From assembly GCF_003367075.2 (NCBI RefSeq), contig NZ_CP065936.1:2640001-2672000 (forward strand): 32,000 nucleotides of DNA. Direction: 5' to 3'. The notes beneath the pieces were generated by a model, which worked only from the letters and a program-made list of their open reading frames with translations, was not told the origin of the DNA and searched no databases. The position numbers and the translations under genes are program-made. This document shows positions 18,234-27,786 of the stretch, one piece after another (positions within the stretch are counted from its first letter, which is position 1; every line of letters starts with the position of its first letter). The stretch is from Cylindrospermopsis raciborskii Cr2010. GTDB lineage: Bacteria > Cyanobacteriota > Cyanobacteriia > Cyanobacteriales > Nostocaceae.

Positions 18234-20397
18234 GGAAAGTCGGTTTGGGGATGAGAATGAAGACAGGGACTCTAGTTTTTTTAAAAACCATTTGTTAGTA
18301 GATTTTGACCCATCCTTTAAGGAATACACTTATCTGGTAAAGAGTACAGAATTTCCCTTTGGATTTGAGTATATATCCCGAACCAAATTCCGAGAAATAA
18401 ATTTGGGGAAGACCCTCCCCCACGGGAAAAATGTAGAAATAGCAGGAGAGAACTTTTTTACAGAAGGATTTCGTATTTGTAAGGGGTGTGGGAAGATTTT
18501 AAGAAAAAATAACACTCAATCAAGTCAAGAACGAGACCATGCTCTAACTTGTAAATGGCGAGAACGACCAGAAGCAGCGGAGACCATAGAGACCCTTTAT
18601 TTATACCGAGAATTTGAGTCCGAATCCATTAGATTTTTAATGCCAGATCAAAGATTTTGGAGCGAACAGGGGTTACATTCCTTTATTGCTGCATTGCAAT
18701 TAGGCTTGAAACAAAAATTTGGAGGAAGGGTAGACCACCTGCAAATTACCCAAGTGCAAGAACCCCAACCAGATAATAAACTGCGTAAATCCTTTCTTTA
18801 CCTATATGACACAGTGCCCGGAGGGACTGGTTATTTGCGACAGTTGTGTGAGAACAGGGTAGATAGTAGACCAGAGGATCTGCGCCAGGTGTTTCAACAG
18901 GCTTTAAATGTATTAATTAATTGCAGTTGTCAAGAAAGGGGAGAAGATGGTTGTTATAAATGTTTATTTGCCTATCGTAATAGCTTTCACCAAGACTTTA
19001 CTAGTAGTAAAGCAGCCCAATCCCTACTGAGTGAAATTTTGAACCACTGGTCAGATTTAGGAGAAGAGAAGAGCCAAAATCTTTCTGGTCTGTCCATTAA
19101 CTCCGACCTAGAAAGTGAACTAGAGTCTAAATTCATTCAAGCTTTGACAAGCTATACAAGAAATGGAGAAGAAACCAAATTACAACCATTGTTACTCCAT
19201 GGCAAAAAAGCCTACTACCTAAAAATAGGGGAAATGGCTTGGAACATAGAGCTACAAGTTCCTTTAGGTAAAGAAGAAGGACTACCTCTAAATTGCAGAG
19301 CAGATTTTGTGTTTTATCCCGCCCATAGTCGGGTTAACAGTTTACCCATAGTAGTATTTACTGATGGATGGGAGTATCACCAAGAAAGAATAGACCAGGA
19401 TTTAGAGCAACGTCTAGGGATTATAAAAACCGGAGATTATTGGTGTTGGTCACTGACCTGGGCGGATATAGATAAACAATTAAACCAGAAAACCACCTTT
19501 TATAACTCCACCACTGATTATGGGGGGACTAAATCTGGAATGGATTCCTCATTGAACAATCCACAGATTAATCAGAGAAGGAAAGAACTATATGAACACT
19601 ACCAATGTAGTCAACTTGCCCATTTAGAAGATAAAAGTAGCTGGGAATGGTTAATGGATTATCTTTATTCTCCCATAGATAGTTTGTGGCAAAACTGGGC
19701 ACTGCTGCGTACTATCCTACAGGCACAGAAGAAAAACCAGACCCCCCCTGCTATAGAAGATTTTTTAGCACCCCAACTAGAAATGTGGAATCGACCTCAA
19801 AACTATCATAGTGGAGTAATAGAATTATCAAAGAATCTAGAGATCTTTACCCTAGTTGACCACAAGCGAAATAAGGAATTGAACAAAAATGGCAGTTTAG
19901 TTTTAATTCGGTTGCAAGAAATTTACCAATCGGACTGGCAAGAAATGCTACGCATGTTAAACCTCTATCAATTTTTACCCTATACTTATGCCATGACCAC
20001 AACCAGTGACAGGGACAACCTTAGCACCATGGTTCCCACCTGGGAAACCAGGTTAGATACAAATATACATAATAATATTAGTAGAGGTGTAAATAAAGAA
20101 TGGCAGAGTATAAAGGAGTTAATCATAGAAGAGGATCTAGTACCTTGGATTGACCAGATGATAGAGAACCAGTGGAATTTACCAGTAGTGGGCTATGAAT
20201 TAGAGAACAAAAAGGGAGCAGTGATAGCCAGTGCGGAACTAAGCTGGGTAGAAGAGAAAGTAAGTATTGTCACCACAGTAGAAGACAAACATATATTTGA
20301 GCAAACTGGGTGGCATAGCTTATTAGTAGAAGAAGTATCCTCCCAGATAGAGAACCTAAACCAGTTTTTAAAAACAACTATTAAGGAGAGAAGATAA
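18190..20397 (+). CDS. DUF1998/MZB-domain protein (DrmB-like) with a C-terminal endonuclease-like domain. The start is uncertain; it may be the frameshifted continuation of the preceding helicase.
   Basis: The frame is +1 relative to the upstream ORF and is open from 18109. The first plausible ATGs are at 18190/18193, with AAGG 8 nt upstream. DUF1998 hallmarks are present: FLYLYDTVPGGTGYL and the Cys cluster INCSCQERGEDGCYKCL. At 19111-19385, ESELESKF..ELQVPL..RADFVFYP..VVFTDGWEYH resembles the Vsr/DUF559 PD-(D/E)xK pattern. Confidence 0.75.
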   Translation: MMCCLKQVIATTSDRESRFGDENEDRDSSFFKNHLLVDFDPSFKEYTYLVKSTEFPFGFEYISRTKFREINLGKTLPHGKNVEIAGENFFTEGFRICKGCGKILRKNNTQSSQERDHALTCKWRERPEAAETIETLYLYREFESESIRFLMPDQRFWSEQGLHSFIAALQLGLKQKFGGRVDHLQITQVQEPQPDNKLRKSFLYLYDTVPGGTGYLRQLCENRVDSRPEDLRQVFQQALNVLINCSCQERGEDGCYKCLFAYRNSFHQDFTSSKAAQSLLSEILNHWSDLGEEKSQNLSGLSINSDLESELESKFIQALTSYTRNGEETKLQPLLLHGKKAYYLKIGEMAWNIELQVPLGKEEGLPLNCRADFVFYPAHSRVNSLPIVVFTDGWEYHQERIDQDLEQRLGIIKTGDYWCWSLTWADIDKQLNQKTTFYNSTTDYGGTKSGMDSSLNNPQINQRRKELYEHYQCSQLAHLEDKSSWEWLMDYLYSPIDSLWQNWALLRTILQAQKKNQTPPAIEDFLAPQLEMWNRPQNYHSGVIELSKNLEIFTLVDHKRNKELNKNGSLVLIRLQEIYQSDWQEMLRMLNLYQFLPYTYAMTTTSDRDNLSTMVPTWETRLDTNIHNNISRGVNKEWQSIKELIIEEDLVPWIDQMIENQWNLPVVGYELENKKGAVIASAELSWVEEKVSIVTTVEDKHIFEQTGWHSLLVEEVSSQIENLNQFLKTTIKERR

Positions 20398-21393
20398 TGG
20401 TCGAATTAAAACATCCCGTCAAATTAGCCATTGCAGACAGTTTTTTAGACCAGTTTGGGCGATTACCCAAAAACATTCAGAGTAAAGTTACCTCCTTTCT
20501 CAATCGGTTCAAACAAAACCCCACCAGTAGTGGAATTAACTATGAGACCATAAAAGACTGTAAAGATAACCGCATGAGGTCAGTGAGAATAGATTTAGAA
20601 TACCGGGCAATTATTCTCAAACCAGAAACCGGGAACTTGTATCCTTTATTATGGGTAGGTAAACACGATTTAGCCTATTTTTGGGCCCAAAAAAGAGTTT
20701 GTCAAATCAATCAGATATCTGGAGCTTTACAAATTATTGATACAGAAGAAATACAAAATACAACAGAAAGACTCACCACACAAAAACAGGAACAACCCGG
20801 GCGATTTGACCATATCAAAGACGAAGATTTAATGAGATTGGGCGTACCACAAATGTTAATTCCTGCCCTGCGAAAACTAGTTACAGATGCAGACGTAGAT
20901 AACATACTATCACATCTTCCCCAGGAATGTACAGACCGTATAATTATGTTAGCAGCTGGCTATAAACTTCCAGAAATCTACCAATTAATAGAGACCCCCA
21001 AAACAACTATTGATGTAGAGAATATAGAAACAGCGCTAGAAAATCAGGACACCCTGAGTCGGTTTGTAGTTATTACTGAAGACATAGAACTAGAAGAGAT
21101 GTTAGCAGCACCCCTAGAAAAGTGGCGTGTATTTTTACATCCTAGCCAGCGTAAACTAGTAGAACGAGACTGGAATGGTCCCGTTAGAGTTTTAGGAGGT
21201 GCAGGGACTGGCAAAACCGTAGTCGCCCTACACCGAGCTAAATGGTTAGTGCACCATCGTTTTAATATGCCAGGCGATCGCATATTATTTACGACCTACA
21301 CCAGGAATTTAAGCATAGACATAGCATCAAGTTTAAAGACAATAGTTACACCAGAAGAGATGGAGCGGATAAAAGTAGTAAACCTAGATAAAT
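20397..21393 (+). pseudogene. UvrD/Rep-like SF1 helicase, 5' portion (interrupted by IS): RelE/ParE-like N-terminal domain + Walker A
   Basis: The ATG overlaps the upstream stop (TAATG). The N-terminus reads FL..F..LP..IQSKV..FL..F..NP...G.N.E.....D.R.RSVRID..YRAI.L......Y.LLWVG.HD.AY.WA. It is followed by VLGGAGTGKTVVALHRA (motif I) and ILFTTYTRNL (Ia). The native frame ends at the IS boundary, after ..VVNLDK. Confidence 0.8.
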
Positions 21394-23592
21394 CCCACAT
21401 TCCGCACCCTCAACTATCGGGGAGGGAAATTACTGAGATAAAAATCAAAGTTAGCATAAAAATAAACATAGAGAGTGAAAAAAGCATTCGAGAAACAGTA
21501 AATCAGCAAAAATGTCATCAAAATCTATTCTCAATAAGCAGCAATAAGAATTCACATTACCCAGAGAGGTGAACAAATAAATAAAATTAAGATATTCAAG
21601 GTAAAATCATAAAATAGACTAATTTTTCCAGGGTAAAAACAAGATTATAGACATAGCAAAATGGAGCTGTAAATCAAATAGCTCATTTAAACATGATAAA
21701 TTAAATTGATAGAGACAATAATTAAGTTACTAATCGATAGTAACGTAAACAATCATTTGGCAAAAGATTCAAGATAAAATCTCTATCTTTAGTCCAATTA
21801 GAGACTTGTTTTTCATTGTTATATTCAACTAAATGAATACCCTGAAAGCATTGAAAAATCCAGCGTAAAGTAGGGCGGTTAGTTAGTTTACCTAATTGGT
21901 CTTTAATTGTTGATTTAGACTCTCTGAGTGCGGCTCTAATTTCACGTTGAGCCAAAGTATAAACCAGTAAACATAAACCCATAATCATCCCCATTGACTC
22001 TATTCTTTTAGGACTTTTGAGGAAAATACTGTCTGCAAAAAATAATGGGTCTTTGAGAAAACGAAACCCTCTTTCACAACACTGCTGGGCTTTATATTCA
22101 CTGAGCATGGAATCATTGCTCAGTTCCTTTGAATCCAAAACATTAGTAGCAATAATAAAACGTCCCGCACTCAGGGATTCTCTATTAATTTTACGTTCAT
22201 CTTCCGAGACTTTTGCTAATATTTGATAGGATGTTTCTCCTGAACTATCTTTTTTATTAGATTTGACTTGAGTAACTGTACTCTCGTTAATTTTATGATA
22301 TTTGAACTGTTTTGATAATTTTGATAATGCCTTGATAGCATCTGCTTCACAAGCAAATTCTTCTTGTGATAATTTTCTCAAATCTTGCACGGCTTTTGAT
22401 TCTGATTTGATAATTTTTTGGGTGAGCTTACGCAAGTCTGATTCTCTCCTCTCTTGACTTTGCACTACTAACCATCTTTGTTCTATTCCGGCATAATTTT
22501 CTATTTTTGATGCTAGTTTATATCCTGGTATTGTACTATCAATAAATTCTGATTCTGGTATTGTTAAGATTAATGATTTTGCCGCTTTTATACTTACTGG
22601 TACTCGACACAGCCAAGATAATTCTGACATCATTTTCAGGTTTGATTCTGTATATAAAGCCGAATCAGCCACCATAAGACTATTAACTTCTAATTGTTTT
22701 TGATATTCTACTGCTATTTGACCAAAACATGATGAATCTACTTGGTTGCCCGATGCTAGTTTTAAAAATATTGGCATGTCTCCATCTCCCGAACATATCA
22801 TTTCTATAATGAATTGTTTTAAGTCTGGACGATGGTCACGAGAATAACCATAACTAATAGTTATTTCTTTTGGTAATTTCGCTGTCATTTCCTCTAATTC
22901 TTGGTTATCTCCTATTTTTTGACTCTCAAATATTACTTCTTGTAAGCTAGTGTTATACTTCCCATGTACGTGCATTGATGATGAGTCTAGATGTGATGTT
23001 GATAGTGATACTCCAAATTTTTGGGCAGCTTTTACTGCGATGATAAAAAAGATTGTACTCAATCCTTTTTCAAACATCTTATCCATGACTCTCCCCAGTT
23101 TATCATCGTTGAGATATTCTGGTTTTACTCCTGCTCCTATTAGATGTTCACAGGCTATTGTTTCAAAATATTCAGGAAACATATATAACGGTTTTGAGAC
23201 AAATCCTAACCCGTTTATTATCATGGCTTTTACTACTTGACCTGCATTTACTTTTTCGTCTTTTTCGACTCCTATCAATTCATTTATTATTTCCACTATT
23301 CCGATTGAATCTATTATTCCTGCTACTATCCCTAGATGGTCTATATTCTGAATTTCTATTTCTTCACTTTTTAATTTCACAACAGTTTCCTCTACTATTT
23401 CTGTTGCAATCAATTATTTCTTATTTGGTTATCAATTCTCTTTTTTGTTACCAAACTTTACTTTCTCACACCATGTCTCTATTAATGCTATTTATTCTCA
23501 TTAAGCCCTTTAATCCCTGAATTAATTTTAGTTATTATGTACTACATTAGGATCCTCTTTGATCTGTCACAGCTTAGGGTGCGGAATGTGGG
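21394..23592 (-). mobile_element. IS1634-family (IS4-related) insertion sequence, 2,199 bp
   Basis: 17-bp perfect terminal inverted repeats (CCCACATTCCGCACCCT at 21394-21410 and its complement ending at 23592). Direct 6-bp target duplication ATAAAT (21388-21393 and 23593-23598). The element encodes one 563-aa DDE transposase. Confidence 0.9.
21722..23413 (-). CDS. IS1634-family DDE transposase
   Basis: 563-aa ORF. The N-terminus (IDHLGIVAGIIDSIGIVEIINELIG) and overall length are typical of IS1634/IS4-clade transposases as I recall them. Confidence 0.8.
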   Translation of the reverse strand: MIATEIVEETVVKLKSEEIEIQNIDHLGIVAGIIDSIGIVEIINELIGVEKDEKVNAGQVVKAMIINGLGFVSKPLYMFPEYFETIACEHLIGAGVKPEYLNDDKLGRVMDKMFEKGLSTIFFIIAVKAAQKFGVSLSTSHLDSSSMHVHGKYNTSLQEVIFESQKIGDNQELEEMTAKLPKEITISYGYSRDHRPDLKQFIIEMICSGDGDMPIFLKLASGNQVDSSCFGQIAVEYQKQLEVNSLMVADSALYTESNLKMMSELSWLCRVPVSIKAAKSLILTIPESEFIDSTIPGYKLASKIENYAGIEQRWLVVQSQERRESDLRKLTQKIIKSESKAVQDLRKLSQEEFACEADAIKALSKLSKQFKYHKINESTVTQVKSNKKDSSGETSYQILAKVSEDERKINRESLSAGRFIIATNVLDSKELSNDSMLSEYKAQQCCERGFRFLKDPLFFADSIFLKSPKRIESMGMIMGLCLLVYTLAQREIRAALRESKSTIKDQLGKLTNRPTLRWIFQCFQGIHLVEYNNEKQVSNWTKDRDFILNLLPNDCLRYYRLVT

Positions 23593-24716
23593 ATAAATGG
23601 CTACTAGAGTTTTTTAAACAACAGAACATAAACATTAAAATTGCCTATGATAAAGAAACCAGACCATTATGGGAAAAAGCATATAATAAAAGAGAAGAAG
23701 CAAATTTAAGCCTAGACTTTTATAAACAAGAATGGGAAGAAATAATACAGACAAACGAATGTAAGAACTTGAGAGACTACCTAAAAGTAGTAAGGACAGG
23801 GAGAGGGACAAGATTAAATAGAGAGCAGAGACAGAAAGTGTGGAAAGTGATAGAGGAATATATGAACCTGCTGAGTGAAGAGGGGTTAAGGGAACCAAAA
23901 GACGCCATGAGAGATGGCATAGAGATATTAAAACAGAACCCCAGGGGGATAAAATATCAGAGCGTCATAGTAGACGAAGCCCAGGACATGAGCAAAATAG
24001 CATTTGAGCTAATTAGAGCCATAGTAGGGCCTGCAAAACCCAACGACATATTTATAGTAGGGGATGGGCACCAAAGGATTTATGGGAGTGCGGTGAAATT
24101 GAGCCAGTGCGACATAGATATTAGAGGGAGGTCAAAAAAACTGATTTTAAACTATCGTACCACAGACGAGAACCGCAAATGGGCCACAGACATATTATCA
24201 CCCCTTACCATAGACGACCTAGATGGTGGTATAGACAACCTAAAAGAATATCGTTCCTTATTGCATGGAGAGAAACCCATAGTAAAAGGATTTAACAGCA
24301 TAGAAGAAGAAATAGAATACATTCTAAATTTTTTAAGAGAGATAAACAAAACAGAGAAAGAGAGCGTAACCTGTATAGCATTAAGAACCAAAGAACTGAT
24401 AGAGAGATACAAAGAGGGGCTAAAAGAACTAGAGATACAAGAAATAATTGGAGAGCAAGAAGAGAGAGGAGAGAGGATAAGAATAGCCACCATGCACCGA
24501 GTAAAAGGATTACAATTTGACCATATAATTTTACCCAGTGTAAACGCCGATATTATTCCTTTCAAGAGCGCCCTAGAGAGGTCAGCGGATTTAACAGCTA
24601 AAGAGCAGTTTTTAACCAGAGAGAGATGCTTAGTGCATGTAGCTGCGACCAGAGCCAAGAAACAGATTTTAGTTACCTATTATGGTAAACCCAGTCCCTT
24701 TTTAAACTTATCCTGA
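23593..24716 (+). pseudogene. UvrD/Rep-like SF1 helicase, 3' portion
   Basis: Motif II VIVDEAQDMS, III IVGDGHQRIY, IV ILNYRTTDEN, V/VI ATMHRVKGLQFDHIILP and HVAATRAKKQILVTY. It is in the same frame as 20397-21393 once the IS plus one ATAAAT copy (2,205 bp = 735 codons) is removed. Confidence 0.85.
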
Positions 24717-24733
24717 TTTTTTCCAATACTCTG

Positions 24734-24790
24734 GCAATCGCCCACGGGGAGTGCTTCCTAATCGCATTTATATCCCGTAGGGGTGTTGAG
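24734..24790 (+). repeat. HIP1-associated small dispersed repeat, copy D (short)
   Basis: GCAATCGCCCACGGGGAGTGCTTCCTAATCGC followed by a partial second unit (CCCGTAGGGG), in the gap between the SF1 helicase and the SNF2 gene. Confidence 0.65.
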
Positions 24791-24898
24791 CTCCCCCAAC
24801 CCAACCTACGATTATCCACGACAAAATATCTATCCAAAGATAGATGAAAAATCGTGGCAAAAGGATTCTGCTACAATAATGCAAAAGTAAAAAAAAGC

Positions 24899-27784
24899 AT
24901 GGAACTAGCACCGGGCGCACGCATCTTATGTAGAGATGCAGAATGGTTAGTAAAAGATGTATCCCTCTCCTCCGATGGAGATAAAATAATTCAGGTCGTA
25001 GGGGTGTCAGAGTTTATTCGTGGCACCAGATCCCTATTTCTAGAAGAATTAGAATCTAAAAAAGGTCCCTTTGAAGTGCTAAAAGCAGAGAAAACTGGAC
25101 TGGTTACAGATACCTCACCCGAATATAGAAATAGTCGTCTCTTTATAGAAGCAAATCTAAAACAAATAGCCCCCCCCGACTCAAAAATATATGTGGGACA
25201 CAGAGCAGCAATGGATACTCTTAAATATCAGCTCTCTCCTACAAGTATGGCTCTGAAAATGCTACGCCAAAGAATGCTCATAGCAGATGGAGTAGGTCTA
25301 GGTAAAACTCTCGAATGTGGTATTCTCGTAGCAGAATTAATTGCACGACACCGGGGAAGAAGAATTTTGGTGGTAACCAGTAAGTCCATGATGGCTCAGT
25401 TCCAAAAAGAATTCTGGTTCCGTTTTACTATCCCCTTGGTAAGGTTGGATTCTACAGAGGTTCAACGCATAAAATCTATTATACCTACTAACCATAATCC
25501 CTTCTATTATTATGACCGCACTATTATATCTATAGATACCCTAAAACAAGACAGAGAATATCGTAATTATTTGGAGAAGGCAAATTGGGATATTATTATT
25601 ATTGATGAAGCTCATAATGTAGCGAAAAGAAGAAGAGCAGAAGATAATTCTCTACGCTCTAAATTGGCTCAGCGTCTCTCAAAACGCTCCGATACCTTAA
25701 TCCTCCTTTCTGCTACTCCCCATGATGGAAAACCACAAAGTTTCGCCAGTTTGATGAATATGCTGGATCCTACTGCCATTGCAGATGAGTCTGATTATAC
25801 CAAAGATGACATCCGAAATTTGTATATCAGACGGTTTAAAAAGGATGTTTTGGCAGATTTACGGGATAATGTCCCAGAACGTCATTCTCAATCTATTGAT
25901 ACCCCAGCTTCCGAAAGTGAAGAAAGGGTATTTGATTTGTTGGATAACTTAAACCTGTCCGGTGATAAGCAATTACGGGGTGGACAGTTATTTAAAACCA
26001 CCCTGCTAAAGTCTATTCTTTCTAGTCATAAGGCTTGTTTGGCAACGGTAAATAACAGGTTGAAAAAGCTAAAAGAAGGGAATAAAAAAAATCCGGTGGG
26101 TGGGGAAAATCATCGAGCAGATATAGAGGCTTTACAAGAGTTACAACAGTCTTTAGGTGAAGTAGGTAAGGAAGATTTTTCTAAATATCAAAGACTTTTA
26201 AAATTGATAAAGCAAGATTTAAGCTGGAATGGGGAAGATAGTGGGGATAGGTTAGTAATTTTTACAGGTAGGTTAGAAACCTTAGATTTTCTGTTTACAG
26301 AATTGCAGAAAGATTTAAAGTTGAAATCAGGAAGTATTTTAAAATTAAAAGGAGATATGTCTGATACCCAGCAGTTAGAGGTAGTAGAACAGTTCTCTAA
26401 AGAAAAGGATCCAGTGAGAATTCTGTTAGCAACAGAAGTAGCTTCCGAAGGAATTAATTTACATTATTTAAGTCATAGATTAATTCATTTTGACATACCA
26501 TGGTCTTTTATGACATTGCAACAAAGAAACGGTAGAATAGACCGTTATGGACAAAGTAAAAAGCCCGAGATTAGGTATCTCTTGACTAGATCCCGTAGAA
26601 ATAGAATGGATGAGGTACATCGTATTATTAAGGTACTCTTGGCCAAAGAGGAACAGGCTACTAAAAATATAGGAGATCCCGCAATTTTAATTGGGGTGTT
26701 TGATGCTCAGGAGGAGGAGAACTATATTTCTGACGTGATAGAGCAGGGAAAGACTGCTGAAGAGTTTAATAGTATGTTAGAAAACAACAATAAAAAGGAG
26801 GAGGGAGGGCTTTTTGACTGGTTTGAAAATGACCAGGAGGATGATTATTCAAGTTCTCCACAACCAGAAGAGCTATGCGAAACAGGAAGTTTATTGAGTC
26901 TGTTTGATTCGACCTTTGATTTTGTCTCTACCGCCCTAAGTTCTGATATAGTAAATGTCACAAATTTAAATATAAATCAGCAAGTCAGGTTTATTGAATT
27001 GCAGTTGCCAGATGAATTACGGTCTCGCTATAAAAGATTGCCTAGAGAAATTATTCCAGAACCAAAAGATTTATTATATCTCACCGATTCACCCCAAGTG
27101 ATAAAAAAGGAAATTGCTGATGCGCGTCAACAAGAAAAACAATGGTCAATGAAACAATATCTGTGGGAATTACATCCCCTAGTAGAATGGTTAACCGACA
27201 GATGTTTATTCCACATTCCTCGACATCAAGCACCAGTAATTCAACTACCTAGCGACAAAAAAACCTTAACTTTTATCTGTTTTGGCAGTTTCTCTAATCG
27301 CCAAGGTTCACCAATTATTAGTCGTCAATTTTCAGTTATTGTGGATCATAATAACCCTTATAGAATAGAAGATTTTGCTGAAACTATAAAAAAAGTAGGC
27401 TTAAATAAGCCCATACCTAATCCTGGGAATATAGACATTAGTGAAGTGAGTAGTTTTTTAAAGGAGGTAGTAAAAAAAGGGCAGGAATATTTAGAAAAAG
27501 AAAGAAAGACAGTACAACAAGAGCTGAATGAGAGAATAGCCAAAGAAAAAGGTCGTTTAAAGGACCTACGGCAGTATCATCTTCAAAAATGGAATCATTT
27601 CTACCTAGACAGTGGAATAAATCAAAAAATGACACAAGAAAAGGTAGAAAAAAAACAACAAGAAATTGATAAAATGTTTCAAGAGCATGAGCAGTGGGTA
27701 GAACGCTATATGAGCACTAGTAGCGCCAAAGCTCTTAATTCCCCCACTCCCTATATTAAGTTAATTGCTGTGTTGAGAGGTTAG
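24899..27784 (+). CDS. SNF2-family ATPase/helicase (DISARM DrmD-like)
   Basis: Motif I LIADGVGLGKTLECG, II IIIDEAHNV, III LLSATPHDG, V LLATEVASEGINLH, VI QQRNGRIDRYGQ. About 370 aa of C-terminal extension has no motifs I recognise. The start is set at ATG 24899; the ORF track uses GTG 24854. Confidence 0.88.
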   Translation: MELAPGARILCRDAEWLVKDVSLSSDGDKIIQVVGVSEFIRGTRSLFLEELESKKGPFEVLKAEKTGLVTDTSPEYRNSRLFIEANLKQIAPPDSKIYVGHRAAMDTLKYQLSPTSMALKMLRQRMLIADGVGLGKTLECGILVAELIARHRGRRILVVTSKSMMAQFQKEFWFRFTIPLVRLDSTEVQRIKSIIPTNHNPFYYYDRTIISIDTLKQDREYRNYLEKANWDIIIIDEAHNVAKRRRAEDNSLRSKLAQRLSKRSDTLILLSATPHDGKPQSFASLMNMLDPTAIADESDYTKDDIRNLYIRRFKKDVLADLRDNVPERHSQSIDTPASESEERVFDLLDNLNLSGDKQLRGGQLFKTTLLKSILSSHKACLATVNNRLKKLKEGNKKNPVGGENHRADIEALQELQQSLGEVGKEDFSKYQRLLKLIKQDLSWNGEDSGDRLVIFTGRLETLDFLFTELQKDLKLKSGSILKLKGDMSDTQQLEVVEQFSKEKDPVRILLATEVASEGINLHYLSHRLIHFDIPWSFMTLQQRNGRIDRYGQSKKPEIRYLLTRSRRNRMDEVHRIIKVLLAKEEQATKNIGDPAILIGVFDAQEEENYISDVIEQGKTAEEFNSMLENNNKKEEGGLFDWFENDQEDDYSSSPQPEELCETGSLLSLFDSTFDFVSTALSSDIVNVTNLNINQQVRFIELQLPDELRSRYKRLPREIIPEPKDLLYLTDSPQVIKKEIADARQQEKQWSMKQYLWELHPLVEWLTDRCLFHIPRHQAPVIQLPSDKKTLTFICFGSFSNRQGSPIISRQFSVIVDHNNPYRIEDFAETIKKVGLNKPIPNPGNIDISEVSSFLKEVVKKGQEYLEKERKTVQQELNERIAKEKGRLKDLRQYHLQKWNHFYLDSGINQKMTQEKVEKKQQEIDKMFQEHEQWVERYMSTSSAKALNSPTPYIKLIAVLRG

Positions 27785-27786
27785 AT

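Noticed and set aside
20397-24716. The UvrD-like helicase as GajB of a Gabija system.
   Set aside because: No OLD-family ATPase-Toprim (GajA) gene is adjacent. The helicase is instead start/stop-coupled to the DUF1998 gene.
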